Assembly (NCBI RefSeq): GCF_000143415.4
Contig: NW_003314278.1
Span: 1,024,682 to 1,088,681, forward strand
DNA from: Selaginella moellendorffii
Lineage: Eukaryota; Plantae; Lycopodiophyta
Direction: 5' to 3'
Length of the DNA: 64,000 bases
Shown in pieces: positions 23,001 to 34,916 of the stretch. The notes below the pieces were generated by a model. The model saw only the letters and a list, made by a program, of their open reading frames with translations, was not told the DNA's origin and searched no databases. Positions within the stretch are counted from its first letter, which is position 1; each line of letters starts with the position of its first letter. The translations under genes were made by a program, and so were the position numbers.

Positions 23001-25620
23001 TTGGAGTCACCCGCTATTGCGTTGAAGACCCAGCTGAGCATTTCCCATGCTGCACCTGGAGCTTTCTTTGGATTCGAAAGCTCCATAGCCGTCTTCAGTT
23101 CCTCAGGCACGGGTAAATTGACCTCCCTCAGATCAATTCGATCGGCTTTGTTGAACGAAGCTGGGAAGTCACTCCAGTCCCACTCTGCTGCAGGACCAAT
23201 AACAAGGGCGACTGTGAAGATGCGGACATTCGTCGGTATCTTCTTCTTAGCCATTATCCCATGGATCTCCCGCATCTCCTTGCCTTTCAACCGAGCTTTC
23301 ACCTCGTTCAAGGCCTTCCAGAACTTGTGATAGGATTCGGAGTCGTAGATCATATAGTGGACTGAAGATTCCACCTCCGCAAGTCCCACCATTAAGTCAA
23401 TGATGGAGCTGACTTTGTCTGCACGAGTGATCTCCTCGTTTGTGAAGTCCATCACACAAAAGATGTTCTTGACCTGCTCATCTCCGCGGGAAACGATGCT
23501 CCTCCACCTTTGATCCTCATCCGAATTCACGTATACCCGGTAAGGTTCTCGATAGGCCTCTGCTGCGGGGTCGAGCTGTTTCTGAAGCCGGCGGTCGACA
23601 TCCCTCTTAATGAAATTTGGATACTGATCCAACTTCTCAGCTTTACTTTTCGTGGCATCCCGCAGCAGATCGATGTACTTGGGGGCCCCCTTCACGTACT
23701 CGTCGATCTCTTCATTTGACAAGTCCAGCTCTTCCATCATCTCTTGCGTGGTGTCGATGCTCACCCTCGCCACGGCCACTTGCTTGAAGATCCAATCCTT
23801 CAATAGCGCACGAGCTCTCAGAGTCGTGCACAAGTCCTCGTATGTCACAATATGGCCGGGAGTCATTTTGGTCTTGTTGAAGACTACCTCACCACGTAGA
23901 AGAGCATTAGCCACTGTCAGAAGGTCGTCGTCGTCTAGAGACCGCGAGAAACGCAAGGCGTTGAGCTTCAAATCATTGGGCTTCCGGCCGTCCTCCACAC
24001 CCATTGAGTTTAGCAACTCCCCGTCATGGTACCTCCTTAGCACATCTACCCATTTGTCAAAAACAACTTTTGTCGCAAGTAGAATGTTATGGATGCTGAG
24101 TGTGTCATTGACCCCCAGTGTTTTCGAGAGAAGACTCGAGAATTCCTGCAATGGAAATGGCGTGAGGCCACATGCTATGCCACATGCAACGAGGCTTACC
24201 TGCCAGGCGCTAGTTGCTAGTGCACGTCCTTGTCCTGGTTTTTGTAGCTTCTTCAGTTGAACCCAGAGCTTCCGTGTTCGTGCCAATATCTCGTGCAGAC
24301 CCGATTTGTAGCACGTTTCTTGCTTGACATTCTGCGCGTGGGAGATGTATATGATAGATCGGAGGGGCGAGTTGCCTTTTATCAGGCGGACAACTCTTGT
24401 CTTGAAGACTTTCTTCACCTCCTCGCCCACCATAATATCCACAACTATCTGTTGCATCGCCAAGCTAGAATGCTGCCCGGAGACGGCATAGAACCGGATG
24501 TTCTGATCGTCCAACACCTTCCTATTGATCAAGTCTGGAAACCTCGTCTCGCCCTTCATTGTTCGGTAGTAGGGGATCACGTCTGCGATGTCGGGTGTTA
24601 CTGGACTTGCCAGCATCTTCTGCTTCAGTTTCTCCACCCACTCATCAGATACTAGCCTGTGGTTGTATTTGCTTTGGATCTCGATACGGCTCACGTCGAT
24701 TGTATATACTTTGTTGGAATAGTAACAAGTACTATTATCTGCGACAATTTTTGCTGCCTCTTCTTGCTCTTTCTGCTCTTTGCGGCTCTTCTTTTTGGTG
24801 GGTGTAGTGTTCGAACCTGAGGCAATGGCATCACCGAGTAGCTTCTTTTTTGGAGCAGCAGAGTCGGACGTCGGCTTGAGCTTGACCACCCTTTTCTGCT
24901 TCGGGGTAGTTTCCAGATCGACCCCCTTCCCCTTCGCTTCGCAAACTGGAGGCACTCTCAACGGCTCAATGTTGGAATATAGTTTTTGAACATCGCCGTA
25001 GGTGAGGTCCGTGGATTCCATGTGATCTTCATAGACCCGCAGCGTCTTTGAAATTGTGGGCCTCCTGGACAACCTCTCCCTAGCTCCCTCTAGGAATTCC
25101 TCATAGCCGCTGCCCCCCTCCGGGAAGCCGCTAGGATGTGCAAGGTGGATCTTGAAGGCGGACGCTGTCTCTACCACAAGTGCCAGTCCATATTCTTGCA
25201 TGGAACTGCATGGAGTGTCTGTCACTTGGATGAGGATCCCCATGCATTCTTTTCTCCCACCATTTGTGTTGTACAGCATCAGATCCTCGCCTTCCATCCC
25301 GAAAGTCCAACTGGTGAGCTCCTCCCCCTTCTCTGCATCCACATTGACAGTGGCTGGAAGAAGAACGCAATTCCTCGCCTGTTCAGAAATGCACAACAAT
25401 TAGAGCTGACAGATGAAAAGCTAGCAGCTGGAAATAACGTGAGGCCACACGCCATTCACCACTGCATCAGATGTCTTGAGGCTGCATCCTAAGATGGCGT
25501 GAGGCTACACGCCATCTGTAACCGGACTGCACTCGAGAGCCCAATCGGTGCATGCCAATGTTGCTACTGAATGGCATGTGGCCTCATGCCATTTTCTACT
25601 TGGTTTAAAAGACTTACCAT
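20015..25620 (-). pseudogene. Large multi-exon cargo gene: ParB-like region, degenerate DNA amino-MTase-like region, acidic/low-complexity linker, C-terminal FCP1/NIF-like HAD domain
   Basis: ORFs 22820..25399, 21769..22374, 20893..21522, 20561..20899 and 20015..20551 can be joined by ~40-56-bp GT-AG introns. Motifs: FYAVSGQHSSLA; KCVVEYNCGG..AALLKGVPCVAV; IVFYLNGVL..GVWTS..KPIFVK..LIIDDSPIK. In-frame TAG at 20561-20563. Start position uncertain. Confidence 0.65.
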
Positions 25621-27217
25621 TTGAAGCCGAATGGAGGCCGTGACAATCGAGGCCGGACTCGCTGGCGAATGTGCACTGTGTGTGCAGCGGATCGTAGCAG
25701 CAAGGCTACTCTGCCACTTACAGTTGGAGAGTGGTGCTGAAATCTCCCGGGACGCCAAGTGGGCTGCGTGTGGGTGGTGGAGTGGGCGGCGGAGTTGGCG
25801 GCGAAGTTACAAACTGGGTGTGTCTTGAAGTGGACGCCGATGCACACGAGCGCGATGCGAGCGCGAGTGTGATGCAAGCGCGAGTGGATGCCGATGCACA
25901 CGAGAAACCTGTAGAGAAGTGAGCGTGATCGCGAGTGGGAGCGCGATGCGAGCGGGAGCGCGAGTGTGATGCGAGCGCGAGCGCGAGTGTGCGAGCGCGA
26001 GTATAAAGCAAAATGCAAAACCTAACCTCACACGCGCGAAATGTCACAACGGTTGGTAATCCCGCCACGTCATCATTCCTCGGACTTGGGCGCCACCATT
26101 AATTTCTGGATTGCCGCGCGCATGCAAGCACGCAAAATCCAAAAGAAATCCGCAACGTCATCATTCCTCGGACTGCATGCACGCGAAATCCAAAAGAAAG
26201 ATCATGATTGGGATATCATTTAATACCCTCGCTATATTTATACCATGCATGATTGGATATTCCAAAGCATCTTGTATTTCCAAAAATGGCAGATGTTCAG
26301 CTAAATAAAGAAATTCTATCTGTTTCTATTTTTCTCTCAAATCAATATTATAGCGTGTGGGCTCATGCAATTTTGAACCAAAGAAACCCAAAAAACGTTG
26401 GACCCAAAATATTTTGAAAAAACCCAAAAAACCCTAAACATTTTAAACCCAAAAATCCAGGCGTCCTGTGGCGTTATTCCTTCAATGGCGTGTGGGCGCA
26501 TGCCATTTTCAGGGCCAAATGCTGAATGGAGAAAAATTCCCTTTCAGTGCAAATGCTGCAAGAGGCAGATGCCGAGCACAAAGGACTGTAACTACCTCAC
26601 ATGACACAGATAAACTTTTCTCTATTTGGCAAAGATAAACTTTATAGCGTGTGGGCTCCTGCAATTTTGAACCCAAAAAATGCACCAAAAAATTCTCGGC
26701 GTCATCTGGCATTATCTCTTGAATGGCATGGGGCCGCATGCCATTTTCAGGGGCACATAGGAGTATATTCCTAGGATATTCTGACACACGCGAGATTTTT
26801 TTGAGTTTTCTGGAGATCCAACCGTTAGATCGCAACTAAATTTTACAGAATGGTATACAATGTCTTTCTTGATGACCCTGCAAAGAAGCATCTCGATCGG
26901 ACACCACATGAGACCACACGAGCCTTACAATGTTTCAGGGGCATTTGCCATAGATCCGACCGTTATTTTGCTCCAAGATTTTACAGTTTGGTGTGCATTG
27001 ACCTTTCCATCGAAAATGCAAAGGGACATCACAATCAGATGCGGGATCACAAGAAACTAACTTCACTAACTCTGGTTTCACCAAGATCTACGTAAGGAGT
27101 TATGAAATGAAAGGACCCTCTCTATTGAAATGTGTTTATGGTCCTAGGGGCATTGTGACATATCAAAGGATTTTGCATCAAGTTCTGTATTTGCATGTTT
27201 ATCAAGCTACTGAATTG

Positions 27218-27244
27218 CTAAACCCTAAACCCTAAACCCTAAAC
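27218..27244 (+). repeat. Interstitial plant telomere-type repeat (CCCTAAA)x3
   Basis: CTAAACCCTAAACCCTAAACCCTAAAC. Confidence 0.85.
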
Positions 27245-28140
27245 ATGTGGCAAATGCTGCGTGAAGAAAGATGCCCTTTCTGGGCAAATGCTGTAAGAGG
27301 CAGATGCCGAGCAGATGTATCTCAGGCTAGCGAAGGGGACAAACGAAAGCTAGCTATAAACATGACGGGATGCAAATAGATTACTAGGCTGGTCCTACGA
27401 AAATCAAAAACCATAATTGAAAACATTGAAAATGCAAAAAGAAAGGTTTATAATATTTTTGAATTTTAGGCAACCAAAGGAATGTAAGTAGGGCATGTGT
27501 TTGTAAGTTTAAAAATGCCTCAACCACTTAAATTCCCAAGTAAATAAAGCTGTTTCTATTTTTGGTACAGGTAAACTTTATAGCGTGTGGGCTCATGCAA
27601 TTTTGAACCCAAAAATGCACCAAAAAATGCTCGACTAGCATTATTCTTTGAATGGCGTGTGGCCTTATGTCGAGCATTATTCTTTGAATGGCATGTGGCC
27701 TTATATTGCCATAAATGGACGTACACACACAGCATAATTATTCCTTTACACGGCGAATAATCTTGGCGCGAATCGCTGACATGGCATGGCAAAGTTCGAA
27801 TCACTGACATGGCACAGCTGGATCGAGGCAAGGACATGATGTGACAAAGTTCAACCTCCGACAGCAAAGTCTAGAAGCTACTCAGTTTGAAATTTGTCAG
27901 AGGAATCATAAGATCTGGTTTGTCAGAGGATTTGATGTGACGTTCAAGCGTGTGTTATTTTTGAATTCTCGAACTCATTCCTAGGTCTATCATTTTTGTG
28001 TGCCGTGTTCTTGGTTCCGCTGAGCGCAGTGAGCGCTGCTTGTGTAAGCGGCGTTGTGGGCTGTGGTTTATGCGTCTACGAGCGGTTGCGGCATTGCGAG
28101 CGCCATTGCGAGCGGCAGTTTATGCGAGTGGCAGTTTGTG

Positions 28141-28238
28141 CGAGCGGCGCTACGAGCAGTTGCGGTGTTGCGAGCGGCGCTACGAGCAGTTGCGGTGTTG
28201 CGAGCGGCGCTACGAGTAGTTGCGGTGTTGCGAGCGGC
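28141..28238. repeat. 30-bp GC-rich tandem repeat, ~3.3 copies
   Basis: CGAGCGGCGCTACGAGCAGTTGCGGTGTTG repeated. Confidence 0.9.
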
Positions 28239-28604
28239 ACTGTCTTTGGTGTGGCTACCGCTTCCTCTTGATATTCGGCACTTGTGCTTCCTGGTATGTT
28301 CACCATGGAATGGCTTAGGACCACATTTAGAAATGGCATGAGGCCACATGCCATCTTGGGCCCTTGCAATTTCATGGCTAGCGTATTGTCATGTATGTTT
28401 TTACTTGCCTGCAGCTGTGTGTATATCAAGATGGCATGAGGCCTCATGCCAATTTTGTGAATGCGAAATTTCACGTGGGTGTCAATAGCATGTTTGAATA
28501 ATGGCATGTGGCCTCATGCTATTGAGGTTGTTTGGTATGTTATGATTTAGGCCATTCTCCAATCATTTTTTGTATGGTCTTAACTTCTTTTCTGCACTTT
28601 CAGA

Positions 28605-31600
28605 ATGGCCTTCAGGGTTGGGGAAAAGGTTTACATTTTGAATGGTGGGAAGAGAGTTGCAAAAGGGACCCTTGTGTCTATGGATCGGAACTTTGTTGTA
28701 CACTGTCAAAGGCTTGGGGAAGGCAATGCTGCTGTATCAGTAGAGACTGTCTTCGATGGGAATGTGGTCGCTATTGAACGAGGAGAGATGGTCGTCGGGG
28801 TAAATGTTGTTGTTGCCTTGAAAAATCTTCAGAAGAAAGCAGATGTTGGGGACAGCGCAAGTGCGACGCATGTTCCCTCCGTGGATCTTAAGAACCGTGC
28901 TACATGGATTCAGGAAAAAGTGTTTCTAAACAACCCCGAGGGGGAGGTGGTAGCTGAGGGCTTAGCCACAGTTGTCGATCCAAGAGATGCGGTTGCTAAT
29001 CAAGAATTGGGCTGGGATGATATTGGAGTTGCGATTTTAGAGGTTGTTGACACAGAAGAAAACAGTCTGACTATTAGAAGCATTGTGCGGTGGAAATTGA
29101 GGCACTTAGTGTTTGAGAATGTGAAGGATTCACAATCAAACACCACTACAACTGATGACAGAACATCTCTTCATGGGAAAAGAAAGTACACCTTCCTAAA
29201 GCGCAGCTAAAGGGATCTGAGCAACGAACCGAAAAGGCAGAAAATGGCGATGGAGGTTCGAATGGTCTCGACAGTTGCTTGTTGCAAGAGGAGGTGCTGT
29301 CAACATGCTGATTGGGATGCTATTGAAGAGGAGAGAGCAAGATACAAGACATTGTCCTGGAAGGCAGCTCGCAATTTTGTGTATGAGGCATTACGGTCAT
29401 CTGTTGATGCTTCAGAACATCAGGTGGGGGGCATGGTCTTCCAGAGGGGTTTGGTCTGCATGAAGGCATGGAGAATCATTTATGGAGTCCCTCGAACCAC
29501 ATTCTACAGAATCAAAACTGAGTTCGAGGAACAAAGGGTTCAACAGGCAGTCCATGGGAACGACGGTACGCACAAAACCAGGGGTCATGTTGTATATGGA
29601 GAGGCAATCTTCAAGAGGTTTGTCGAGACATGTAGCGAGCAGCAACCACATAAAACCCGCCTCTTGGAAGATGGAACACGAGACACCCAACGAGTTCTCC
29701 CTTCCATGTATACCAAGGGGGCCATATTGGAAGATGTGAATCGGGAACTCCAGAGTAATGGCTACAGGAAGCTGAGCCAATCTAGATTTAGTAGATTGTG
29801 GAGCAACAGGTTCAGGGATGTGAGTATAGGAAAGTACTCCAGCTTTTCAAAGTGTGACGAGTGCACTGCTATCAAAATGGCTTTGTCGAAGAATTCTTGC
29901 AGCGCTCAAGAGCGAGAGACGTTGGTTAGAAGGCGGCTCGACCACAACATCGAGCAGAGAAGCTGCAGGACTGCATATTATCATAACAGGATTCTCTCCA
30001 TGGAGAGACCTGACTCTTACCTCTGCATCATCCACGACAAAATGGACCAGAAAAAGACGTGCTTACCTCGACTCAATCCTGGCCCCAAGGCAATCTCTTC
30101 ATCCATGCAGCTGCCTGTGTCTCTGTTTGGCATAATCGCTCATGGGCATGGTGCCCAGAACTATGGGAACTTCTTTGTACCTCTATGGGGTGGCGGGGGT
30201 GCAAACATGATGATTGCGTCCCTAGCAAAACACTTAAGGTCTCTGCAAAGTGCGCAGACTGAGCTGAACGGCCAACCCTTGCATAAGGCCCTTGTCGATC
30301 GAACCCCATACAGGGTTCAGCTGGAGGAGGAGCAAAGGCTTGCAGTATCGCGTGGGGCCCCATGCCATCCCAGTGAATATGTTGGCCGTCAGATTGTAGG
30401 GTTATCACGTGAGGCCTCATGCCATTCCGACGAGGCTGGTCGCCCGGTGAATGCACAGCCTCATCCAAACGAAGCAGAATCTCAAGGAAGTTCTTGCGGC
30501 CGATGTGGCCTTCCACCCCATCTTCTGCTCCAAATAGACAATGCTGGCAGTGAGAACAAAAACATGTACGTCTTCGCGTACTTGGCAATGCTTGTTGCCA
30601 AAGGCATATTTGAAACGGTTACACTTGGCTTTCTCATGGTTGGGCACACTCATGAAGACGTCGATGCCATGTTCAGTCACCTGGCAGAGTCCCTCCGGCG
30701 ATCCAATGTCCTCACCCTCCCACAACTCTACGATGAATTCCAAAATTGCATCAAAGGTACTGTTGAAGCTGCACTTCTGACAGAGGTTCCAGACTTTAAG
30801 GGGTTTGTAAGAGGCTACATCAGGGACGGATCCGAAACGCTGATTGGCCACTCCAAGCCTCTTCAGTTTCATTTCAGCATGTGTGACGGTGCTCCAGTGA
30901 TGAGGTACAAGATGAGAGAATGGGACACAGTGTGGCTGCCAGTGGATGGCATTGAACTCTTCAAGAGAGATCCCATAACTGGGGAACCTATGATTCCTCA
31001 GGGTTCCCCACGGCCGATGCACCCGGATGGACTCAAAGACCAAGAAAGTATAGTGGCCGGGATTAGACAGCATATTGCCTTCTGGAAGAGGGGGTTGGTG
31101 TTTGGTGGAGAATCCTATTTTCAGAGGTGCAAGCCTTTGCTCGAATACTGGGAGAAGATTATATCTGCTATCCAAAATGGGCCGGTTGTATATGAAGAAT
31201 TGGAAGAGTCCTTTTGGCCAGAACCCAGAGCACCAGATAGTAGCGGAACAATGTCCTCTGGAAATGCAGTGACAGATAACGATGTTGAGGATCACTATTG
31301 TGGGCCGAGGAACAAGAAGCCGGATTCAGCATTCAATCCAGTACAGGTCTGCAAAGGAACAGTCTGCTTGTCAGACCCAGTAATAAAAAACAAATGATAT
31401 GGGTGGGGCGCTGCATCACTGATGCAGAGGAGGACGCGAAAACTAACTCCTTCAATGTAACTGTGGAGTGGTTCAAGCCAAGTTCCGGATATACGAACAA
31501 TTGCCTAGAAAAGAGATGGGTGCTGAATCCAAGGGATCCCAGCATGAGCATATCGGTGGATAATGTTGTGCATGGTTGGATGCGGAAGCAGAGTGCCACC

Positions 31601-31745
31601 ATCACCTTGCCAGACCATGCAAGAGATGCAGCAAGAGCATTCATAACCCGGGTTCAAGGTGAGATTCATTAATATTCCTTTACTAAGTTTCTAATGTATT
31701 TTATTTCAAGGTGAACAATCCGAATCTGAATCAGAGGAGGCGTGA
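28605..31745 (+). pseudogene. DDE/D-type transposase (GHTHEDVD family; DUF7869/Sola-like, superfamily uncertain) with one premature stop and one frameshift
   Basis: ORFs 28605..29210 and 29244..31397 share a frame (TAA at 29208). Motifs CCKRRCC, FSKCDEC, IIHDKMDQ, LQIDNAGSENKN, FLMVGHTHEDVDAMFS. Frameshift ~31345 into ORF 31298..31672; short last intron ~31659-31710. Confidence 0.82.
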
Positions 31746-34700
31746 TGGCATGTGGCCTTACGCCATTCCTAGGTGAGATGATACAAATAACAAGTATAAA
31801 TTCTTAGTTGTTCTAGCAAATCTTACTTAAATGTCAAGGTGAACAACCGGAATATGAATTCATCGGATTGTTATAACAAATTGCGAGGTGATGGCATGAG
31901 GCGATACGCCATTTGAGAGTGGTAGACTTACCTATATGAGGTGAGTGAAGTATTTATTAGAAATACCTCATTCAATTGTGCACTTCTAAGTCTTTGCCCA
32001 CTTAGTACTGTTTGCATGTTTTTATTTTAATTCTTTCTCTAAAATGTTATTTAGCATGTGGCTTCATGCCATTGCTCTCCACAATCATGCATTGAATTTC
32101 TATCCTTGCATAATACTTCTCCATATATATAGCATGTGCGCACATGTGATATGGTTCATTAGGCCTGATATAGTTCGTGAGGTAAAAACTTGACAATGAG
32201 ATTTATTATACAACTAGATGGACTCAGTCTGGACATAAGGTCACCGCGCTAGTCACCATGCCCCAGATATGTCTAGCCCCTGGACAAAAAACATATAATT
32301 TCACGTCATTTTCAAATACTTGAAAATTTGTACCTAGTCCCATTTTACTGAATAAATCCCACTTTAACGAAATAGAGCATAACTGCAAATCAAGTCACGA
32401 AAAATACTTAGCCTTTAAGAGTTGGTCAAACAAGTCATCAACACGAGGCAAAGGATAACTATTCTTGACTGTGATCTTGTTGAGTGCCCGATAGTCGATA
32501 CACATCCTCATGGTTCCATCCTTTTTTATAACAAAAATGACGGATGCTCCATAAGGTGATTTGTTTAGTCGGATATGACCTTTGTCAAGAAGCTCCGTGA
32601 GTTGCTTTTTGAGTTCAGCCATCTTCTTGATGTTCAACCAATATGGAGCTTTCGTAGGTGGTTTAGAACCCGGAATAACCTCAATCCGATAATCAACCTC
32701 ACGGCTAGGAGGTAGCCCTGGTGGCAAATCCTTCAGGAAGATATCCTGATTCCTCGCCAACAACTCCAATATCTTTTTTGGTATAGGATCAACCTCATCA
32801 TTGATTCGAATTGAGTCACCAACACCCTCAGCTTCTATCACTTAAACCCAAAAGGTCCGACATCCCCTCTTAGCTGTTTTTTGAGCGGCCCTCACAGTCA
32901 GGAATTTTGCATCCCAATCCTTTGAGGAACGCTTTTGCAACTAGAAGGACACATCAGGACATCCTTCGGACTTCAACGTGATACGACTTTGTCCAACACC
33001 ATAAATCCCTTTTATATATTTGTTAAAGAAGTCCATACCAAACACCATCTGAAAATCTAGAATCTTCAACACTACCAAGTCCACTCTTTCTTTCCACTTG
33101 GATATTTTTATTGGAACATCACTCACAAACTTTCTAGCTACTTGCCCACCTTCCGCAAACTAAAAGTGCATAGGTGACATTTGCTCAGCATTCAATCCTA
33201 ATAACTTAACTAAGTCTTCGAATATCATGCTATGCATAGCTCCCGTGTCAATCATCACTTAGATTCAGTGTCCACGGACAAAGCCTACCAAATACATCAA
33301 CGGATCAGTGTTTGCATTGATTGCAAGAAAAGCTTGAGGAAAGCAATGAAAGTTACTCACCTCCTCTTCCTCATAGTCTGCATTGACCAACTCGTCAACC
33401 CCTTTAGCTTCACCACCACCGTCTTCCCTCATGACATTAACCCGAGACCTTGTTTTATGCTTGTTGGGACATTCCGAGGACCTATGTCCCGACTCTCCAC
33501 AATGGAAGCAATGACCCACACTACCCGTTCCGCTAGGAGCATATTTTGCAGATTGCTGCTGCTTGTACCCACTAGGAGGAGGAACAGAGGGCCTAGGACC
33601 AGAAGAAGTTGTTGATGGTCTCCAACTACCACCACCTTTGTTAACCATTTCTTATGAGCCTCCAGAGCAGAACCTGCTTTCCACCCTCTGTTTCCGATCA
33701 CCTTGTTTATTCCCAGAATTTTTATTCTTATCCAAGTTACCAGTATACGATTACTGATATTGTTCCATGAGTGAGTGACTAAAGGCAACTTGCTACACTG
33801 CCTCCTTACACTCCAAGTACGTCTTCAGCTTAAACTTCAAAATCTCATTACAAGAAAGTGAACTTAAACCCTTCAGGAAATAACTCCGAACATCTTCGTC
33901 ACTCATATTTGCAATCATAATGCACTTCTGAGCAAGCATTAATGTAATGTATGAGATCCCCTCGCTGCTTTAACCGCTGCAGCTCCGCGCGAAGTCTTAG
34001 ACCAAGATCATCCAGCAAGTATTCCTTACGGATACAAAACCACATCTTAGTCCAACTTCTAGTCTGCCCTTTTTCAGCACACACTTGGTGCCACCAAGTT
34101 TTGGCATGATTGGTGAGAAAGGATTGCGCGCACACAACTTTGTACAATCATCTACGTCTGCCGCTATGAAATATTTTTCCATATCGTAGACCCAGTCTTC
34201 CAAAACTTGATAGTGCCGCATGCTTTTGAAGATGGGTGGTTTCAGAGGCTTGAACTTTGAAACTCATACAACCGGGGGCGACTGCAAAACTTTATCATCC
34301 TTAGAACTTGAGGAGGAGTTCGGTTGCTTAGGCTTAACTGATTTAGCTGTCTCAGCTTCTTTCTTCCTCTTCTTGTTCTCCTTCTTCAATTTGTGAATTT
34401 CCCTTCGCAAATTCTTGATGTCGACTTCCTGAGCCGTACGCTGCAATGCCACAGCATTTAGCTCTTCCTCTTCTGACTTGGCCTCAACCTCTTCCACAGC
34501 ATCTCTAGTAGGAGTTTCTTCCTCTTGATTCGCCCGTCTAGAGGTTTCAGCATCATCAGCACAGTTCCTCTTCACCATCCTACTAGCTGCACGCATGCCT
34601 CTATTAGTAACTGAACATGCATACAACGTTCTTACCAAATGGTGCAATCCAATTAATCCTACACAGGTCGCTTCAGATCTACTAGAAAAGTCTGCATATG

Positions 34701-34916
34701 CAACTTGAGTCAGAAAATCCGACAGAAGTTGAATAGGAATCGCTGAGACAATTCCTCTAATACCAAATGTAGTGCACTTGAATTTGGAGCCGAACTCCAA
34801 GCCTGTTGCACTACGAATGAGGGTCCGGTACAATCCCACAAGCACCAGCTCCCCGTATCTAGCACCTACACGCAAAATGGTGTCAGATAGAGTCTGCCAC
34901 AATTTTGGTATACCAA

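Larger units (their letters stand above)
19596..32380 (+). mobile_element. 12.8-kb TIR DNA transposon with two divergent genes
   Basis: Perfect 22-bp inverted repeat GCTCTATTTCGTTAAAGTGGGA at 19599-19620 and 32357-32378; AAC duplicated at 19593-19595 and 32381-32383; removing the element restores the host RT frame (LDLQFKYHQIRV). Confidence 0.92.

Noticed and set aside
25614-26068. Overlapping Arg/Ala/His-rich ORFs (also 27996-28507)
   Set aside because: Products of GC-rich simple repeats.
30417-31295. 292-aa minus-strand ORF and similar antisense ORFs over PPR and pol genes
   Set aside because: Shadow frames of real coding sequence.
19959-32150. Palindromes as a CRISPR-like array
   Set aside because: Irregular spacing (tens of bp to kb), embedded in exons and introns, eukaryotic context, no cas genes.
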